A stretch of DNA of 64,000 bases from Macrostomum hystrix. Taxonomy: Eukaryota > Animalia > Platyhelminthes. This document shows positions 60,992-64,000 of the stretch, in pieces. Both the position numbers and the translations under genes were made by a program. A model generated the notes under the pieces. It saw only the letters and a list, made by a program, of their open reading frames with translations. It searched no databases and was not told the origin of the DNA. The DNA lies in assembly GCA_950097015.1 (NCBI GenBank), contig CATNEN010000030.1, forward strand, positions 1,922,001 to 1,986,000, given 5' to 3'. Every line of letters starts with the position of its first letter. The stretch's first letter is position 1.

Positions 60992-63312
60992 TTACTTGGC
61001 TCGCTTGATCTGCATAACGAACAGTCCGCTGAGGATGAAGTACACGGAAGTGACTGAGAACAGTATGATGTAGCCGAGACCGACCTCGCAGTTCACCCGT
61101 TCGAATATGTCCAAGATTATCCCACCAACTGGTACGGCCAGAGCCTGCGGTAGCACCAGAGCCTGCAGTGATTTACAAGTTGGGTTTGACTTTTTTTAAG
61201 TTGAAACATCCCATGATGATTTGGCGAAAATTCCCCACGAGATGGCTGAGATTTCTTAAAGATTTTAGTTAAGTGGGTCTCGTGAGATTTCTTGATGACT
61301 GTAGGTAAGATGGTTTTTGGGATTTTAGGTAGGATTTCTTGAAGATTCTAGGCGGGGATTTCTTGAGGATTCTAGGCGGAGATTTCTTGAGGATTTTAGG
61401 TGGGATTTCTTGAGGATTCTAGGTGGGATTTCTTGAGGATTCTAGGTGGGATTTCTTGAGGATTCTAGGCGGGATTTCTTGAGGATTCTAGGCGGGGGTT
61501 TCTTGAGGATTCTAGGCGGGTATTTCTTGAGGATTCTAGGCGGGTATTTCTTGAGGATTCTAGGCGGGGATTTCTTGAGGATTCTAGGCGGGGATTTCTT
61601 GAGGATTCTAGGCGGGTATTTCTTGAGGATTCTAGGCGGGTATTTCTTGAGGATTCTAGGCGGGGGTTTCTTGAGGATTCTAGGCGGGGATTTCTTGAGG
61701 ATTCTAGGTGGGATTTCTTGAGGATTCTAGGCGGGGATTTCTTGAGGATTCTATACGGGGATTTCTTGAGGATTCTAGGCGGGGGTTTCTTGAGGATTCT
61801 AGGCGGGGATTTCTTGAGGATTCTAGGCGGGGATTTCTTGAGGATTCTAGGCGGGGATTTCTTGAGGATTCTAGGCGGGGATTTCTTGAGGATTCTAGGC
61901 GGAGATTTCTTGAGGATTTTAGGTGGGATTTCTTGAGGATTCTAGGGGATTTCTTAAAGATTCTAGGTGGGATTTCTTGAGGATTCTAGGTGGGATTTCT
62001 AGAGGATTCTATGTGGGATTTCTTAAAGACTCTAGGTGGGATTTGTTAAAGATTCTAGGTGGGATTTCTAGAGGATTCTATGTGTGATTTCTTTAAGATT
62101 CTAGCTGGGATTTCTTGAAAGTTCTATGATTTCAGGACAGAGTGGCAGAGCGGTTAACGCGTGTGCTCTCGCACCAAGGTCCGATTAATTTTAGCTCGAG
62201 GCCAGATTAATTTGGGGTGCAGCCGCGGAGTTCAATTTACGCCTTCGAGGGCGAACCTCCAAGGCACAGTGAGAGTGTACACGGCCTGACGATGAGAAAG
62301 CTAGGGCAGATGTACACACTCTGTGTGAGTGTGTAGCTGCGTATGGTATCTGTGTGCGTTTGTGCTCAGGACTTCTAATGTAGGATTTCTAAAGGGTTTT
62401 AGGCGGGACTAATGAAGGATTCCAGGTAATAGAAATCATTTGAGAAAGGGGCCTCACCTGCTGCCACACAGCGATGTCGCGCGATTTGTCGTTCTCGTCT
62501 GGCAGCACGTCCATGAGCAGGGCAAAGTCCACGGCCTGGTAGCCGCCGAATGACAGGCCGAACACCACGGCCACCGCGGTGGCGATGTAAAAGGCCTGCT
62601 GACCCCGAAGGCCGGCTAGGATGGCAGCGCTGAGGCCCATCAGGATGGAGGCGGCGATCACCAGCGGCTTGCGGCGGCCGATCTTGTCCGACAGCAGACC
62701 CGAGCCCACCGAGCTGCGGACGGAGCCGAGGGTGAGATTTGGAGTGGGAGGGTGAGATGGTAGAGGATGAGATTGTGGAATGGGAGGGTGAGATGGTAAA
62801 GGATGAGATTGTGGAGTGGAGAGTGGGAGATGGTTGAGTGGGAGGTGAGATGGTAGAGAATGAGATTGTGGAGTGGAGAGGGGGAGATGGTAGAGTGGAG
62901 AGGGGGAGATGGTAGAGTGGAGAGGGGGAGATGGTAGAGTGGAGAGGGGGAGATGGTAGAGTGGAGAGGGGGAGATGGTAGAGTGGAGAGGGGGAGATGG
63001 TAGAGTGGAGAGAGGGAGATGGTAGAGTGGAGAGGGGGAGATGGTAGAGTGGAGAGGGGGGATGGTAGAGTGGAGAGAGGGAGATGCTAGAGTGGAGAGG
63101 GGGAGATGGTAGAGTGAAAAGTGTATGATCATTAATTTAAGAAATCCTTCAAAATATAGGATCCCAAAATGAGTGCTGTCAAGTGTCAAAAGCGTCAGTC
63201 TTACGACAGAGCAGCGGTGCAAAGCAGTGGAATGAGCAGCAGAGAGACGCCCTTGGCCGGGTTCCAGCAGTTTGGCAGGTTCACCATGTCGCTGAGCCAG
63301 TATTCCAGAAAG
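60992..63312 (-). CDS. Major facilitator superfamily transporter, 3' part (exons 63312-63205, 62713-62458, 61162-60992; 5' exons not identified in the window)
   Basis: MFS motif-A-like GLLSDKIGRRKPLV; FGGYQAVDFALLMDVLP; ALVLPQALAVPVGG; phase-consistent GT-AG introns; stop TAA at 60994-60992. Confidence 0.9.
61330..62115. repeat. 24-bp intronic minisatellite (ggggatttcttgaggattctaggc)
   Basis: Tandem units, degenerate at both ends. Confidence 0.96.
62135..62370 (+). mobile_element. tRNA-derived SINE family A
   Basis: agtggcagagcggttaacgcg head and shared body ccaaggcacagtgagagtgtacac. Confidence 0.78.
62735..63118. repeat. 21-bp intronic minisatellite (ggggagatggtagagtggaga)
   Basis: Its - strand forms the pyrimidine tract before the acceptor at 62715-62714. 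Confidence 0.94.
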
Positions 63313-63499
63313 CTGAGCATTGGTTCAGGATCATAGTGAATGGATAATAGTTTGTTGTTATTCTGCAATAATAATGCACTACTTAAAGTAGATTAGCTCA
63401 CCCAACAACAGTTGACAGGCCCTGCTGCATCAGGAAGCGGGTGACGAAAACCCAGCGAAAATCGTGCTCTAAAAGTTAAGCAGCGGTTGGATGCTGTCT

Positions 63500-64000
63500 T
63501 AGCGGATCTGTCTATTAGGATCTGTCTATTAGGATCTGTCTATGGGGATCTGTCTATTAGGATCTGTCTATGGGGATCTGTCTATGGGAATCTGTCTATG
63601 GGAATCTGTCTATGGGGATCTGTCTATTGGGATCTGTCTATGAGGAATCTGCCTATGGGGATCTGTCTATGGGAATCTGTCTATGGGAATCTGTCTATGG
63701 GGATCTGTCTATGAGGAATCTGCCTATGGGGATCTGTCTATGGCGATCTGTCTATGAGGAATCTGCCTATAGGGGATCTGTCTATGGGGATCTGTCTATT
63801 AGGATCTGTCTATGGGGATCTGTCTATGGGAATCTGTCTATGGGGATCTGTCTATGGGGATCTGTCTATTAGGATCTGTCTATGGGGATCTGTCTATTAG
63901 GATCTGTCTATGGGGATCTGTCTATGGGGATCTGTCTATGAGGAATCTGCCTATAGGGGATCTTTCTATGGAGATCTTTCTATGGTGATCTGTCTATGGG
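63500..64000. repeat. 14-bp minisatellite (gggatctgtctatg), runs off the window
   Basis: Tandem units. Confidence 0.95.

Overview
Animal (eukaryotic) genomic DNA with GT-AG introns; no prokaryotic operons or CRISPR. The short private minisatellite in most introns, CAG-rich exons and tRNA-SINEs resemble the flatworm Macrostomum, but the species is only an inference. Nearly all long ORFs in the supplied track are minisatellite artefacts; I assembled the real genes by hand from splice sites and reading phase. From left to right: (1) three tandem, diverged ATF3/Fos-family bZIP genes (+, ~1-16.7 kb); (2) a decayed mariner with a nested Merlin-type element (19.1-20.8 kb); (3) two tandem SnoaL/NTF2-like genes (+, 21.2-24.3 kb); (4) a 7-exon SLC1/EAAT-fold transporter (-, 26.7-33.4 kb) whose Na+- and substrate-binding motifs are largely replaced (NMDGT->KGDGS), with an intact DD33E IS630/Tc1-type transposon in its last intron; (5) a 14-exon GABA-B-like class C GPCR (-, 39.5-49.1 kb) lacking the GABA-binding serines, whose upstream region and exons 1-4 are tandemly duplicated (~8 kb unit) together with the 3'UTR of the neighbouring gene; (6) the 3' end of an MFS transporter (-, 61.0-63.3 kb). 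About 30 minisatellite arrays hug exon edges, and several appear to be amplified from the splice-site sequence itself. All family assignments come from motif recognition, not database searches.
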